From NCBI GenBank assembly GCA_049724395.1, contig JAUGWO010000062.1, forward strand, positions 124,001 to 188,000: DNA of 64,000 nt, given 5' to 3'. Below the pieces are notes generated by a model that saw only the letters and a list, made by a program, of their open reading frames with translations, did not search any database and was not told the DNA's origin. The translations under genes were made by a program, and so were the position numbers. Position 1 is the stretch's first letter. Every line of letters starts with the position of its first letter. The stretch comes from Spongospora subterranea f. sp. subterranea (lineage: Eukaryota). Below, piece by piece: positions 63,394-64,000 of this stretch.

Positions 63394-64000
63394 ATGAACA
63401 ATGGCGATAATGTCAGGACGACACGGTCAGGCCGTCGCGCGGTCTCTACTGACCGTGCAGCCGGAGCAAAACTCTCTGCAGAGTCCAAACCGCTTCCCAA
63501 GACGCCAAGACGCTCATGTCGGCCCCGGATTTCAAGATCGGACGATAAAGTTTCTCCAACAAAACAGGTGCGCAAGGTGACCGAACAGAGCGATACAGTG
63601 TCAAGATCAAGGAAATCGTCTCCTAATGATGAGGTTTCACCACCGAAACGTTCTCGTAAGGCCACTAATCGTTCGGGCAACACCGCTCCGAAGAAAAAGC
63701 CAGTAGCCAGAAATTTGATACCTACAGCAGAACCTTCTGAAGGGTCAAACGAAACCCCACAGGTTTTCGAAGCAGAATCAACGAGAGTGACCACAAATGA
63801 TATTGCGTTAGAAGATGCCTGGGCAGCACTCCATGAGTTCTCGTCGAATCAATCAACGGATAACATCGGTTGGGATCATGATAATCTCAATGATGATATA
63901 TGCATGATATGCGGAGAAGCTGGACTTCTAACAGTATGCTGTCGTTGTCGTCATTCAATTTGCTCGGATTGCATCTATAATCCTAACGAGATGGAACGAA
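63394..64000 (+). CDS. Partial gene: basic S/R/K/P-rich region followed by an all-Cys PHD/ADD-like finger; runs off the window, upstream exons likely
   Basis: Open frame to the window end with APKKKP (NLS-like) and DDICMICGEAGLLTVCCRCRHSICSDC. Confidence 0.65.
   Translation, partial: MNNGDNVRTTRSGRRAVSTDRAAGAKLSAESKPLPKTPRRSCRPRISRSDDKVSPTKQVRKVTEQSDTVSRSRKSSPNDEVSPPKRSRKATNRSGNTAPKKKPVARNLIPTAEPSEGSNETPQVFEAESTRVTTNDIALEDAWAALHEFSSNQSTDNIGWDHDNLNDDICMICGEAGLLTVCCRCRHSICSDCIYNPNEMER

Overview
Eukaryotic nuclear DNA from a compact genome with mid-range GC and many short (mostly about 50-60 nt) spliceosomal introns. Axonemal genes imply a flagellated life stage; the style suggests a protist such as a phytomyxid (inference only). 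About 19 protein-coding genes were found: a giant secreted LamG + IPT/TIG-repeat protein (cut by the window edge), exportin-1, mevalonate kinase, a TSTD2/TrhO-like rhodanese, a C2H2 zinc finger, an Rtt106-like chaperone, a CCDC162-like protein, eIF3g, a multi-KH protein, CFAP58, a mitochondrial carrier, a LicD-like protein, EXOC2/Sec5, a dynein light chain, ADAT3 and several unknowns. Intergenic regions hold decayed mobile DNA: a PIF/Harbinger Myb/SANT remnant, a DD39D mariner, a D5-like SF3 helicase fragment of probable DNA-virus origin, and minisatellites. Most notable: (1) the viral-type helicase fragment; (2) three local inverted duplications, including a near-identical inverted copy of the ADAT3 deaminase domain; (3) four unrelated tandem arrays each just upstream of a start codon; (4) five frameshifts at short A/T runs in otherwise intact genes (assembly error is the default explanation, recoding the alternative); (5) a 9-nt microexon encoding part of a zinc-finger recognition helix; (6) an apparently degenerate LicD active site and an unusual Par3/HAL-N + CBM48 + EF-hand protein. 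All family calls come from motif recognition by eye; no searches were run.
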